From contig CAXHJY010000114.1 of NCBI GenBank assembly GCA_964016885.1, positions 1-64,000 of the forward strand: a stretch of 64,000 bases of DNA, read 5' to 3'. This document shows, one piece after another, positions 40,617-55,440 of this stretch. The stretch comes from Eledone cirrhosa (Eukaryota). Both the position numbers and the translations under genes were made by a program. Under the pieces are notes generated by a model. The model was not told the DNA's origin, did no database searches, and worked only from the letters and a program-made list of their open reading frames with translations. Within the stretch, counting starts at the first letter, position 1, and the number at the start of each line of letters is the position of its first letter.

Positions 40617-40892
40617 AAAGTCTGTCTTAAGCCATAAGGTTCATTTGGCCGGTGCTTATCCCGGTTTCATGGCGTGAAGCGACTGAGAGTATAAGACTTC
40701 CCCCTGGACAGGACGCCAGTCCATCGCAGACTTAAACCTCCAGCTATTTCTGGTTCTCATTTTCAGCTGAGTATACTGGAGCAACGTGAAATGAAGTGTT
40801 TTGCTCAAGAACACAACACGCAACCCAGGAATCGAACCCACCACATTATTATCTTAAGTTCAACACCCTTACCTCTAGGCCATGTGCCTCCA
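40612..40892 (-). mobile_element. tRNA-derived SINE (family B), near full length
   Basis: Minus strand GGAGGCACATGGCCTAGAGGTAAGG...GGTTCGATTCCTGGG. Confidence 0.8.
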
Positions 40893-41632
40893 CACACACA
40901 CACGCACACACACTCACACACACATATATAAACTTTGATTGGTTTCGCCCAGTAATAGCACCTAATATGCATGCGTATATATATGTACGTACCTGCATAC
41001 ATAATACATACCGTAGATATAGCAACTACACTTGAATTGAATGACTAGTTTTTGATTGGTAAATTAGCTGACTTTACATTATGCTTTTGTATGGACTGCA
41101 TAATTTAAATGTTAGTCTAAACGTCGTATTTAATCTTAGATGAAATACATCATATTACACGAATAGACTTTCAATAAATAAATAAATAAATAAATAAACA
41201 AAAACAAACAAACAAATGAAGTAAAATAGAAATAAGAAATACGTCAGGAAATCTAACACATGTGTTTGTATTTGTGAAGCATAGGAAAATGGCTTGTCAT
41301 AATGTCATTCCAGCTCTGCGGAACAACCTGATCATAAAATTACCGTGAAAGTATCTGGGTAGACACGTACCTACTAACAATAGCTTATTCAGCAGGACTG
41401 TCTGTGACGAAGCTGGTCATTTAAAATACAGATGCAACTCATATGTTGTCAATTGAGAGAACTGGAACAACCTGAAATATGGTATTTTGCTCAAAGATAC
41501 AGCTTTCCATCGGAAATCAAACTCAAGACCTTATGATTATGATCCGAACACCGTCCGCACTAAGGCATGCATCATCACCATACTAGTTGTTAGTTATACA
41601 TAGAAAAATGTTATTACTACTAGTTTAGAAGA

Positions 41633-41850
41633 GGGCGGGGGATTGGTAAAATCGTTAGTGTGGGACAACATGCTTTGTGGTATTTACTTACGGCTCATCA
41701 TGTTCTGAGTTCAAATCACACCAAGGTTAGCTTTACCTTTCATTCTTACGGGGTCGATAAAATAAAGTACCAGTAACACGCCGGGGTCTATTTAATCGAC
41801 TTTTCCCTCCCTCAAAGTTGTTAAACTTGTGCGTAAATCAGACATCATTA
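41633..41850 (+). mobile_element. tRNA-derived SINE (OK-like)
   Basis: GTTCAAATC B box; CCTTTCATTCTTACGGGGTCGATAAAATAAAGTACCAG. Confidence 0.75.
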
Positions 41851-42083
41851 TTTTAATTTTAGAAATACGAGTCCCTAGTTTCCAATGTCCCATAAGGACC
41901 AAATGGAACTGAAATAGAGGTTAAACCATGTCTGAAACTCAAACCATATGGTTGCGTAACGGACTCATTAGATACACAACCATTGTGTTTTTGGTACTTT
42001 TATTGGTATTGTCTTTCTCCAATATGTTAACATTCTGAGCCGCATGCACACACGTTATATCCATGGAACTAGATATGATTTCA

Positions 42084-42543
42084 ATATTGTTATTTTGCGT
42101 CTTTCTCTGAGCCACGTGCTAAAAATCTAAAGTCTGTCTCGAGCGCGGAGGCTTATCCCGGTTTTCATGGCGTTAAGCGACTGGCAATACAAGATTCTCC
42201 ACGATGTTATGGTCGTAAGTCCCACAGCATTTCTACTAAGCTATGCGCCTCCACATGTTATATTCCTGGACTGGGTTGTGTGTTGTGTTATTGAGCAAAA
42301 CACTCTACTTCACATTGCTCAGTATACTCAGCTGAAAATGAGTACCAGCAATAGCTGGGGGTTTAACCCTGCGATTGGCTGGCGTCCTGTCCAACGAGGA
42401 GTTTTGTATTTTCAGTCACTTAACACCACGAAAAACGAGATAAACACCGACCTGATGAGCCCTCGGGCTCGAGACAGACTTTAGGTTTTTAGCATGTGAC
42501 TCAGAATTTTAAGGTCTTGGAGAAAGGCGCAAAATAGCAATAT
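42084..42543. repeat. SINE family B copy with an inverted duplication of its 3' end and flank
   Basis: CTGAGCCACGTGCTAAAAATCTAAAGTCTGTCTCGAGC vs GCTCGAGACAGACTTTAGGTTTTTAGCATGTGACTCAG; outer flanks are also inverted. Confidence 0.7.
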
Positions 42544-43499
42544 TTAAAGTAGATGTGGCCATAATATTGCTCTTTGCCTCTTTCTCTAAGATGATGTTAA
42601 AACTATTAACCACATGTACACATGTTTTATTCATAGAAGTAGACGTGGCTTCAATATCGCTATTTTGTGATTATTGCGCTAACCGTAGTCTTCCTAACAT
42701 TATTCATGTAGAGCTTCATTATATCATAACTGCGAGGAAATTAATTTCTATTCCTTTGAATTTGTGTTTTGAATCTTTGAAATGCACAGATCTTTATGGC
42801 ATCTGAGACTGTTGTTAGCAATAGATCACCCCTACCCGACTAATAGAGAAACTTCTCTAGGCTATACCTGTAGAAGTTGCGACATTTATTCAATTTCTGT
42901 TGTCAATTATATTTATATCAAAGCACGCGAGAAAGCAAAACAAAAAATAATTAAGAATTGTTTGAAAAATTTATTTGCGTATCACAAAAAAGAAATCAGA
43001 AGAAATAAATAAAGAAATATATATATAAAAAAAACAAAAAAAACAACAAAACCTTTCTATGTATTGACAGAAATAAAATAAATAATGTTTTTATGAATTG
43101 CAGATGTTAGTGGTTATAATTGTGACGACAGAAAGAGGAGATTGGATCTCTAAAAATTAACTCGCAGACACGGCATGCGTGAAATCAATTATATTAACCG
43201 TCATGCTTCAAGTTCTGAGAAATGTTAAATCAGGCGTTCCCGATTCCCTACTATTCCCATAATGCTGTCCAACCTTTTCTAACCACATGACCAATACGCT
43301 TCTAGGGCAACCATTTTGATTCTGAAGATAGAGCTGTGAAGGCTTCAACACATTAATGCACACGCAAATTTATGCACGCTACTATTCCAAATGAAAGATC
43401 TCAGAAAGAAATACGAAAATCCGGAATAAAAATGATCAAACTGTAGCATGTCATGTTTTCAATATAACAAGTTTGAAAGAACTTTTCTCCTTCTCATAC

Positions 43500-43586
<87 letters not shown>

Positions 43587-43597
43587 TAGAGAGAGAG

Positions 43598-44490
<893 letters not shown>

Positions 44491-44860
44491 CTTCTGTTTT
44501 GTATAGAACCTTACTCCCTTTTCAAATATATATATATATATATAGATTCTCTCTACCGAAAATGGTTGACTGAATAAACACGTGCTTTCTCACAATATTT
44601 TATTTCTGTTCCTTTCTCTTCTCACTCTCTGTCTTCCTTTTTCATCTTTTATTTTTCAGTTTATCCTCTGATGAAGGACTAGTGACCGAAAAACAAAGTC
44701 ACCTTTCCTACTATATGAAGCGTTAAACTAATATATTGTTTCATTACAATGTGTTGTTTGCTTTGTTATTTTCATTTACGTTTTACATACAGACACATAC
44801 ACACATTCACACACATATATATGTATATATATGTATACACACACACACAAACACACACGC

Positions 44861-46052
44861 CATCTCACAGTCTGTGGCCTACTCCAGTGCCACGGAACAC
44901 CCGCCCATCGCCTTACGGTCGAACAACGAACTATCTTCATCTTACAGACCCACATTCCCCCCGGCCTGAACTCCCCACCCTTATTCCTTTAGCGTTCGAC
45001 CGCCCCCTCTCCCCACACTTATCCCCCACTAACACCACTAACACACCCCTCCTTTTCACCGCCCACCCCACACTAACAATACTAACACCTCCACTCCACC
45101 CCTCATCTGACCACCCTTCCCCAACTAACATACTAACATCCCTTCCCTCCCCTCTTCTCCTCCCACCTCCTTATCACACGCACACACCCACCGACACATA
45201 TATACACACGCTCACACTAAACACACACCCTACTACCACCACTAACCCTCACCCCCACACCTCCATCCCACCACCCCGCAACTAACCTCACTAACACCCC
45301 CTAACCCCAAGCACACGAACACACCCACCCACTTACACCACCCACCCCACACGCAACTAACATCACTAACACCCCCAACCCCACGCACACGTACCCACAC
45401 ACCCTCGTACACCACCAACTCTACACACCCTACCACCACTAACCCCCACTCACACCTGCATTCAACCCCTCCCCACCTCCCGTATACTAACACCCACTAA
45501 CACCGCTTCATCAAACTACACACACACCAGTACACCACACTCCCTCCATAGAACCACACACACCCTTCTCTCCCCGCTCCACCCACACCCTCGCTCCACA
45601 CTCACTCATCCCACTAACACCCCTACTAATACACACACACACACCACCTTCAGCCCTCCCCGCTCGGACACCCCGTCTCCCTCTCCCCACTCCACCCGCC
45701 ACCACCCCTACTCACCCCACACCCTTCCACCACCTGTTTACCCCCCTTTTAATTTCAGTTAATTTTGATCATGCCTTTATTTTTTAATTTTCTCATTCCT
45801 TGTATTTTGATCATGCTTTATTTTTATTTTTTATCTTTATTTGTTATTTTTTCATTCGCACCGTTTCCTTTCGCTATATGTCTCTCCACCACTCCCCTAC
45901 ACACCTTTTGAACTCTGTCCCCACACACTTCTCACCTGAAGAAGGGATTATGCCCGAAACGTCGTCCCCCACCTACCCCCACTCTCCTGAGCGTGAAATT
46001 AATAAACATTTATTGTACTGCCTCTCTGTTTTGTCCCTGTTCAAATTTTTCC

Positions 46053-46055
<3 letters not shown>
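44861..46055 (+). mobile_element. Neptune-type PLE 3' end: GIY-YIG C-terminus plus pLTR
   Basis: 44861-44992 translates HLTVCGLLQCHGTPAHRLTVEQRTIFILQTHIPPGLNS..* (compare Neptune EQ.LIF.LGT..P.GLN); HHR core CTGAAGAAGGGattatgCCCGAAACGTC at 45936-45963; ends at (TA)n. Confidence 0.78.
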
Positions 46056-46093
<38 letters not shown>

Positions 46094-47174
46094 CACTAGA
46101 CGACTGCAGCTTATAATTGATGACTTAATTGAAAATTGTACGCCTTGGTCCCCATAACACTACATAACATCTACTCTATCGATATCACTTAACTTTGGAA
46201 GGTTATAAATTTTAAAATACACTACAGTTACTTAGATAATTATACCCCATTATAGCCGCCATTTTGGGTAAATAAAATTGTTTTCCTTTTAAACGAATAA
46301 CAGATCAAAGTATGAGCGGCGATGTCTATATATGCCTCAACCATTCCTCTGAAGGAATCATTATGCCATTAATATGTAGCTTTGCTTTGAACATCCTTAA
46401 AGACAAAAATGTTTCCTCGCCGATGAGTCTTAATTACATGAATATTGTAATATAAATGCATACACATACATGTTGACCTGTTGTATTGTAATTGTACTTT
46501 TAGATGAAACACTGTGTAAGAAGTAAATCTTGTTTTTAAAAGTATTGCCTTCTCCTCCATATATTATTGTTTTATATGTATATATATACATACTATAAAG
46601 TATGTCCATAGAATCATTTTATAATATATATACACCATTTCCTCTCCCAATTAGCATAACCAACCACACAAAAAAAAACAATTAAACCAGGCTATAAGAT
46701 TAAAAGGCACCCATGAAGAAATAGTGGATAAATAAACGACAGCCATCTATTCGCGGTCAACCGCTATATTTACCCAACATTTCAATAGCACGTGGAAATC
46801 GATTAAATATACCATCAACCATACACAATTAGGTATAAAATTAAAGTAAGAAGAAAAAATGCATATACACATACCAGGTTTACGTTTCTACCCTTAGGGT
46901 TTCCTTCGCTTTCGGAAATATCCTATCAAGGATAAATTCTCGAGCTTCGAATTCGTCAGGAAACAAACTCACTTGGACAAAGATTTTTCTTAAATTATAT
47001 ATATACCCCCCCTCCACACACACACATTATATATATATACATATACATTATACACACACGCACACACACACATATGTATATATATATATATAGTGTAGGT
47101 AGTACGGTGAAGTACTGGTGTTGGTACATACATATATATATACATATATATACACATTCACACACACACACACA

Positions 47175-47241
<67 letters not shown>

Positions 47242-47242
<1 letters not shown>

Positions 47243-48068
47243 GTATTTTCCGTAGTGTTGTAATATGAATATTACACACAGTAGATGGACAGCTCACGTA
47301 GAGTTTGCTCGACGGTTCCAGTTGTAGTTTCAAAAGTAATCCGGAGAAAATAGAAGGATTTAAATGGATACAGTTCAGTTAAAAGGAATTTATTGACACG
47401 TGTTTCAATAACAGTTACATAACCTGAAAACAGCTGCTATCTACAAAGTATTAATTATGCAGACACTCAATATTTCAATGTTATTATCAACTGTCATTTC
47501 ATCAGAATCATTTTATTGAGAACTCGTTTGGTTTTTATAGAGAATATTAAGAGGGAGGGGTGAAGTTTTTAGAAGAATAGTTAAGGGAGTGGATAGAGAT
47601 TTTTTTGATAGCAGTGAGAATTTTTGGTAGCAGTGAGTAATTAGATTCCCATCTGTTGTTTTGACATTTTTATAGAATACATTATTTGGCGTTGGTTATT
47701 TTTCTAAATCTATAGAAGGATTAGAGATAGTAAAGATATGCATGGTTGGTTTTGTGTTTGCACTTAATTAACATACAGACTTAAATTTTTCTTTCAAGTG
47801 TACGTATCGGTTCGCCCACACATTCACACACAAACATATATGCACACCTCTACAAAATACATACACTCACATACACATACTTACATGCTCATACTTACAT
47901 ACATATATATACCTGCACATATATATATATACATATATATATACATATATATATACATATATATATGTACATACATACGCATTCATGTATATACATTTTC
48001 ATACTCAACTTATCTTCATATACACACGTATAAGCACACACATATAGACATACATACATACTCCTGTC

Positions 48069-48113
<45 letters not shown>

Positions 48114-48980
48114 ACTTTAATACATGAATACACATACGTCTAACTATACACATCAAACATATATATATATTTACTTATTTATATACATTTTCACATATAT
48201 ATATACATACATATGGTCGCTTTTAGACACATTCATTATAGCATATTCGCACCTATTCTCATCAGCATATCTTTCCATTATTAGTGTGGTAATTTAAGGT
48301 TATTAATATACATATATATGTTGAGAAGAGATTGTTTTTATATTTTTCTAACTAGATTGAGGTTTATATAGTTGGGGGGATATCCCTCTTTTATGTAATA
48401 TTCAGCTTGTAGTGGGAAAAAAGGGTTTTAGTTCGGTGGCGGCAGAATAATGTTCATTCAATTCTGTTATTAAGCAATTACTTCTTGTGTGTGATTATGT
48501 AATAAATCTCAAGATTACACAATTTGCAGATATTTTGGCTCCTGGAAAAGCTTTGGGTTTTAGCTAATTTATCCCATTTTAGGGTAAACTTTTGATCGCT
48601 ATCCCTGAGCGTCCAAGCTTTTTCTGCTAAAGTTGTTACATTTCTTTGGCTCTGGTGTTATATTGAGTAAGAATGCCCATATAATCGAGATTTAAACGAT
48701 GTTGCCGTTGATCCCACGTAATACCACTCGTTGCCTCCGGATTCAATGGTACACTTATAGATGATATTTTTTTCCAGGCAGTTATTGCCGAGGGGGCAAT
48801 TGTCAGGATAGGTTCTCAATAAAATGATTCTGATGAAATGACAGTTGATAATAACATTGAAATATTGAGTGTCTGCATAATTAATACTTTGTAGATAGCA
48901 GCTGTTTTCAGGTTATGTAACTGTTATTGAAACACGTGTCAATAAATTCCTTTTAACTGAACTGTATCCATTTAAATCCT

Positions 48981-48984
<4 letters not shown>
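47242..48984 (-). mobile_element. Second, decayed Naiad-type PLE with inverted pLTR piece
   Basis: 48423-48807 (minus) translates CPLGNNCLEKNIIYKC...YYVGST...CKLCNLE...LLNNRIE*..CRH with three stops; inverted arms 47351-47523 and 48812-48984; HHR-like CTGATGA AATG..CATT GAAA at 48830-48862; (TA)n flanks. Confidence 0.85.
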
Positions 48985-49023
<39 letters not shown>

Positions 49024-49782
49024 AATTATTTCAAATGTATGCATGAATAACTAATTTACTTCATTACCACATTACTGTCATAGTTTATTACCTTTCAGAA
49101 TAAACAACATTTATAAAAGCACATAAAAAGTTGTTTTGTAAACGAATGATTATCCGCCGAAATTAGTTTGATGTATGAAATATGGCTTTCCCTTTCTGTT
49201 CCTTTTCAACTATGTAATACCTTGTCAAGTTTCATTCACGTATAATTTAGATCAGACATCTATTATACATTTCAGAACAATCCTTGTGTATGTAGGGGAA
49301 TAAGAGAGAAAGAAAGAACGAGATAGATAGATAGATAGATAGAGAAAGAGAGAGAGAGTGAGTGAGAGAGAGAGAGAGTGAGACAGTGAGAGGGGAGAGA
49401 GATAGAGATAGATAGATAGATAGAGAGAGAGAGGGAGAGAATGAGAGGGGGAGAGAGATAGATATAGAGACAGAGACAGAGAGAGATATAGCTTATGAAG
49501 CAATGTGTGTATATTTGTCATGTGAAGGTGGTGGGTGAAGGTGGTGGTGGTTGTGGTGGTGGGTGGTGGGTGGTGGTGTTAGGCTTATGAGCAAAACACA
49601 TTATTTCACATTTTTCAGCTCCAGCCCACTCAGTTCGCAAAAATCAATTGTACCTTTAATTTAAAGGATCAGGATTTTCATACACTATGTCATGCTGAAT
49701 TTCCCCTAAGGATTACGTTAATGACACCCGTAGTTTTGGAATGTTTAGTTAATTTCGCGTTAATTTAATGAGCAGGCTGTTC

Positions 49783-49885
49783 CATTTTGCTCAAGAACAC
49801 AACGCATTGCCCGGTTTAGGAATCGAACCTACAACTTTATGATTTTGAGCCAAACACACTAACCACTGGGCCATGCGCCTTCACA
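49783..49885 (-). mobile_element. SINE family B head
   Basis: Minus strand GAAGGCGCATGGCCCAGTGGTTAG...GGTTCGATTCC. Confidence 0.7.
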
Positions 49886-50147
49886 AGCTATTTAAGAGAA
49901 TATAAATTCTATCGCATACCGGAGGGCATGGGGGCGATATATCATTGAAATTAATTTTTTTGTTAAAACTCTCCTACAAATTGCTAATGTTGGAGATTAC
50001 ACCCAAACACACGCAAACGTACCACCCGATCTAGAAAACGAACCCTCAACTTAAATCCTACACGCAAGTCAATCACCCTAACAACTAATCAACGCGCCTG
50101 GAACATAAAATATCTGTAAGGAAGAATATATAAAACTATTTACTTAC

Positions 50148-50639
50148 CTGTGGTATACTGAATATGGCACTGAGGAGCCAAGCCATGGTAATCATGATGC
50201 GTACACGGAGAGGTGCTTTACTGCGACTCATTGGAGAGAGAATTGCAAAGCATCTATCTAAAGCTATGCTCACTGTTATGTAAGTAGATAGATGCAGACC
50301 AAACACAGTAAGATACTTCATTATCTTGCACATTGTATTTCCTGCTAGCCATTCGACAGTAGCTGACCAAATGATGTCCATAAGTATGTTGACAAAACTG
50401 ACCATTAAGTCAGCAATTGCTAAATTCAGGATTAAACTTTGAATGGTGGAACGTGATCCTCTAATTCTAAATATTTGTACAATCACAAGAGTGTTTCCGA
50501 AGAAAGAAATCACAAATACAGTTCCAAGGACACACAGCTTCGTTACGGAAATATGGTCAAAGCGAGGTGCATCCAGTAAAGGTGTAGAAGTTATGTTATA
50601 TGTCATGTTGTCAAACATGGACTCGTTTAAGTAATCCAT
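50148..50639 (-). CDS. GNRHR: Gonadotropin-releasing hormone / corazonin-type receptor (octopus GnRHR), first coding exon (N-terminus to end of TM4)
   Basis: Class A GPCR motifs GN (TM1), LAIAD (TM2), ECL1 W..G..C, DRC, AW...IPQ; N-glycosylation sequons NES/NMT/NIT; closely resembles octopus GnRHR as I recall it. Kozak CCACCATGG; donor CAG|GTAAGT at 50148/50147 (phase 0 after PQ, the intron position conserved in this receptor family). Confidence 0.95.
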
Positions 50640-50809
50640 GGTGGATTTGTTTTACAATCCAACAATAATCGATTGTCCAGGAAATGTTCGTTGTCTTTTA
50701 AAATATATATTTCATTAGAAGATTTTGGATAGTTCCCACATCTATAAATCTTCAACTGATATCCTGATTCACAGTATCCATTATTTCAGGGAATTCAACC
50801 GGTGTTTAC
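50640..50809 (-). other. GNRHR: Probable 5' UTR part of the same exon
   Basis: Polypyrimidine tract and acceptor TTTGTTTCTCTTTAATATTTTCAG|G at 50810/50809. Confidence 0.6.
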
Positions 50810-51514
50810 CTGAAAATATTAAAGAGAAACAAAATTATATAATAGGAATGGGTCTAAATGTAATGTATTTATGTGCATCTACATTCAATGATGTCTAATG
50901 CAAAGCAGATAATAACCTCAGGCCGTATGTGAAATGTAGCCTCCACCTCCCAAAAAGCTGTCATGATGTGAAATTTTAGCCTCCAAAGTTGGGAATCGGG
51001 TTAGACAAGTCATGAAAGCTCGCAATAAATATATTGTGCATATAAATTTCAATTGAATACAGTTACTATACGTTTTCTCTCGCAATTCGTCAGACCGTGA
51101 TAAATAGGGGGAATTTTCGGCGTCTATATAGCTAAAGGATTTTGCTCGTTGTGTATATATGTGTGCGAAGGTCGGTCGTTGATCGAATTCGTTTTCATAA
51201 GTCATGTATTTGTAGAGCTTTTCAACGTCATGTATTGGTTTATTTAATTGGTTTTGCAAGCGAGAAGCGATTTGATTGGGAAGGTATTTTGCCTTGATCT
51301 TAAAGAACCGTTGGATCATTTACTTGGTTTAGACGATATATGGGTGAAGAGGTAGAGATGATATAGCTGTGAGGGTCTGGAAACATTGATAAGATTATGA
51401 ACTTAGGAATTATGTTTTGTCAGTAAACACGAGAAGGCTCTAACCAAGGAACTGAGACTTGAAAATAAATGTATATTTAACACGTGTATAAAAGAAAATT
51501 GTTTCGTTAAATAC

Positions 51515-51590
<76 letters not shown>

Positions 51591-51675
51591 ACATATATAT
51601 ATTAAAGTGTTAAACGATATTCAATGATTATGTCAAAGAATTAACCATTTAACATCTCAGGGTATGTCATGTATC

Positions 51676-51737
51676 ATTATATTTTGTCTGATGAGGACGT
51701 ACTGTTGTACATCCGAAAGATGTATAATAAAATGTAA
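51676..51737 (+). ncRNA. Hammerhead ribozyme motif (slightly decayed) in a short element between (TA)n tracts
   Basis: ATTTTGT CTGATGA GGAcGTAC tgtt GTACaTCC GAAA gatg TA..ATAAAAT. Confidence 0.7.
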
Positions 51738-51805
51738 TTGATCAAAAGAACGTCTATTTTATTAATATTTATATTTTAATATGTATATATATATATGTGT
51801 ATATA

Positions 51806-51942
<137 letters not shown>

Positions 51943-52539
51943 TATTATTAATATATATATATAGTAATAATAATAAATGTGACGATCCCGTTAAGGGTGA
52001 AAGCAGCGATTCTTTGCTTAAACTTTAATCTAATATCTTAATATATATATATATTTCATCGATTCAATCTGGAAGGATACAAACAACTACAATTATATAT
52101 ATATATGTATATGCATGTATATATATACACACACACATATATATGTATGTGTGTATATATGTATAATATATATATATACATATGAATGGTAAATTTCTTT
52201 AAGTCGTTTGGAAGCCTCGACAATGCAAATGGGTAACAAGATCCGGTGGTGGAGAGAGAGATGTAAGTGGGTGTACGTTGAGATGTGTGGCGTGTAGAAG
52301 ACGTGTAGCAGAATGAAGGAAAGAGCGTAAAGGATAAAAATAAAAATAACAACACGAGAGAGAGTTACCTTGGGAGAGATTTAATTGTCCCTATATATTT
52401 CGGATTCACATCCATCAACTGGGTTTTTTTTCCGGCGTGGGGGAAAGGTTGTCTGTCGGAAAGGTGCGAAACGTGTCCTCCGCTGTTCTTTGTTTTGAAT
52501 ATTACATATATATTATACATACATATACACATATGTAAT

Positions 52540-52800
52540 AAGGTGACGTGGTTGCCTAAACACTGTACGGCGTAATTCGAGCTGTTTGTTTGTTTACAAA
52601 CAAACAAACCGAGCATTATAATAAATGTTCGGTAAACCGATACGTGCATATATATATATGTGTGCATGTATGTATACATATACATACTACTGTACGTCTG
52701 TATACATATATGTATGTACGTATACATACATACATACTTACATTTAAGTAAGTGCCGTACTAAGAGTGAGAAATGAAATTTCGTTTCATTCTATTCCATT
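52540..52800 (+). mobile_element. 5'-truncated copy of the 21394-22260 element (lacks HHR)
   Basis: Near-identical to 22005-22260, ending at (TA)n. Confidence 0.85.
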
Positions 52801-52801
52801 C

Positions 52802-52856
<55 letters not shown>

Positions 52857-52857
<1 letters not shown>

Positions 52858-53044
52858 CGAAGGAATTGTGGTAAGGAACCAGATGGACCATAGCGCACCA
52901 AAGTACTCAATACTTAGGGTAGTAGAGTGGGTAATAGGAACAAGTATGACCCCGACGGCAGAGCTCAAGCCGTTTCGACGGCAGTCCAGAAATAGCCGTC
53001 GAAACGGCTTGAGCTCTGCCGACGGGGTCATACGTGTTCCTATA
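52857..53044. mobile_element. Miniature fold-back element: ~110-bp near-perfect hairpin plus tail, between (TA)n tracts
   Basis: Arms 52934-52982 and 52995-53043 (ATAGGAACA.GTATGACCCCGACGGCAGAGCTCAAGCCGTTTCGACGGC). Confidence 0.8.
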
Positions 53045-53149
53045 TATATATATATATAACTTTAACTTTGATAACTTTGATAGGTTTCGGCCAGTATTGG
53101 CTCAGGCCATGTCTAACTTAATAGCACCATCTGGCGAAGTCTTTCAAAT

Positions 53150-53346
53150 CACAATTTCAAATAATTGTGTCGTGATGTTATGAGATGCGAGTTTGATTTC
53201 TGTTGTGGGCGGATAGCACGGGGCCCAAGACTTAAGTGCACTTTAAAGGTGATGCCAACACCCTTTGGGCAAGATTGATGGACTATTTTCCACATCATGC
53301 TGATCTTGTAGCGCTCACAGCGGCGTTGGAGAGAATAAAGTTTGAG

Positions 53347-53350
<4 letters not shown>
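53150..53350 (-). mobile_element. CR1/L2-group LINE 3' fragment
   Basis: LKLYSLQRRCERYKISMMWKI motif. Confidence 0.7.
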
Positions 53351-53411
<61 letters not shown>

Positions 53412-53786
53412 AAAGAATAGAGGTGTAACACACGAGTTGTGATATATTGGTAAAAGGAAAAGAAAATGCTGATGTTTGCTCTAATCTGATTAGAGCAAAC
53501 ATTACGGGCGCTCTATCTCAAAATTATTTTAGAAAAGCATTAGAAATGCGCAACCGGTAAAAGCTTAAAACTAAAACTGAATACTAACCAATACTTATTA
53601 CTAATTTTTACTTATTCCTAATTAAATTATTTTTCACTGGGAACAATTTGTCAGCATTTTCTTTTCCTTTTACCAATATATATATCAATTCAAACGTCAG
53701 CCCGCATTTTGTTTTAGATTCTCGTCTGGGTTACTATTTCCGACTTTGGTGGCACACATACACAGGCACACATACACAGGCACACG

Positions 53787-53924
<138 letters not shown>

Positions 53925-54371
53925 ATATAAAAAAATAGCAAATTTAATATGGTTTCTTAATAAAAATCATTGCTGTTACTGTCCATTTTGAACATCATCT
54001 TTGCTCCACCTCTTCTCTATACCACACCATTACATTGTATGTACTCACTTTTTCCTATTTCCATCTTTTAACTGAGTTTCATTTCTTTGTCACTTCCGCT
54101 AACTGTCATGAGAATAATATTATAGCAATCATAATTTTAAAACTCGAAGGAAATATTGATTACCTCTTGCAGAGAAAACAAATAAATCTACATTGACATG
54201 ACTAGATTTTATAACTTTACAATTTTTAATAAATGATTAAAATGTTATTTAATATTTTAAACTTTTTTCATTGTCCGGAAACCTATACACACACACACAC
54301 ACATATATATATGTGTGTGTGCGCGTGCATGCGTGTGTGTATGTATCTATATGCACATATACATATACGTG

Positions 54372-54464
<93 letters not shown>

Positions 54465-54602
54465 ATTAGCAGCTGGAATTTACATAACAAAACAGTAAAA
54501 CGAGGGCGGAGACACGAATGTAAACAAGAAAAGCATAACAGGGGAAAGAGGGAGGAATATGAAATCAAAGTCTGTATATCAATAATTTATAATGCCTACT
54601 AG

Positions 54603-54731
<129 letters not shown>

Positions 54732-54732
54732 A

Positions 54733-54955
54733 ATACCTATATTATATAGAAATGCCTTCTACATGAACGGAACTGTTTCATTAATATGAAATCATCAGGA
54801 AGAATTAAGCACATTCCTGATGATTTCATACAAATGAAACAGTTCTAGTCCTGTAGAAGTCATTTCTATATATAATAAAAATGCCTATACTCTACCAATA
54901 TATTGAGTAAGTTTTTTAACTGTGGTTATCGCCCGTCACCACTCGGGAATCTACA
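54733..54955. mobile_element. Miniature palindromic element with two opposed HHR-like cores plus tail
   Basis: Arms 54743-54801 and 54814-54875; TTC CTGATGA...GAAA CAG..CTG TA GAA; stem II is weak. Confidence 0.68.
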
Positions 54956-54993
54956 TATTATATAATCGTATATATATTTATGCACACACACAC

Positions 54994-55026
<33 letters not shown>

Positions 55027-55049
55027 CATATATATACCTGATACCACAA

Positions 55050-55440
55050 GTGTCCTTGTTCAATATGACAGAATGGGGTGAGCAGAAATTTCATAAGTTG
55101 CACTCAGGTTAACGGGAAAGACAGACTTCGTATGTGACAAATCCACACGAGAAGTTAGCAGTAAGAGCACATATGAGATAAATAGTTTCAGTTGCCAGGG
55201 AGGTTCCTTAGAATTTGTTAACATCTTTTCTTTCCTAGGTGATCAAACCAGCCGTAGAAGAGGATACTCTGAAAGTGTGACAGTCAGGGTAAGAAAGGAT
55301 GGAAGAAGTTTAGGGAGATGGTTCATCTGCCATCAAAGGCCTTCTCAGGGCGAAATGATAGCCTGTACGAAGCCTGTACGAGGCCTTGATCGCATAAGAC
55401 CTGCTGAGGCTACAAAGAAACGAAGCGAGTATGCATACTG
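55050..55440 (+). mobile_element. Degenerate RTE LINE fragment
   Basis: FSFLGDQ....GYSESVTVRVRKGWKKFRE-like translation. Confidence 0.6.

Noticed and set aside
42448-42487. CTGATGAGCCCTCGGGCTCGAGAC resembling a hammerhead
   Set aside because: The GAAA box reads GAGA, and the segment is the ordinary SINE family B tail; sister copies lack the core.
48423-48807. Selenocysteine read-through in the second Naiad endonuclease
   Set aside because: Two of the three stops are TAA and the TGA is not at a conserved Cys; simple decay is more likely.
50136-50147. C-terminal VSK* of the listed receptor ORF
   Set aside because: Read-through into the intron past the GTAAGT donor.
50918-51319. 133-aa ORF upstream of the receptor exon
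   Set aside because: No recognisable motif or splice context; likely chance.
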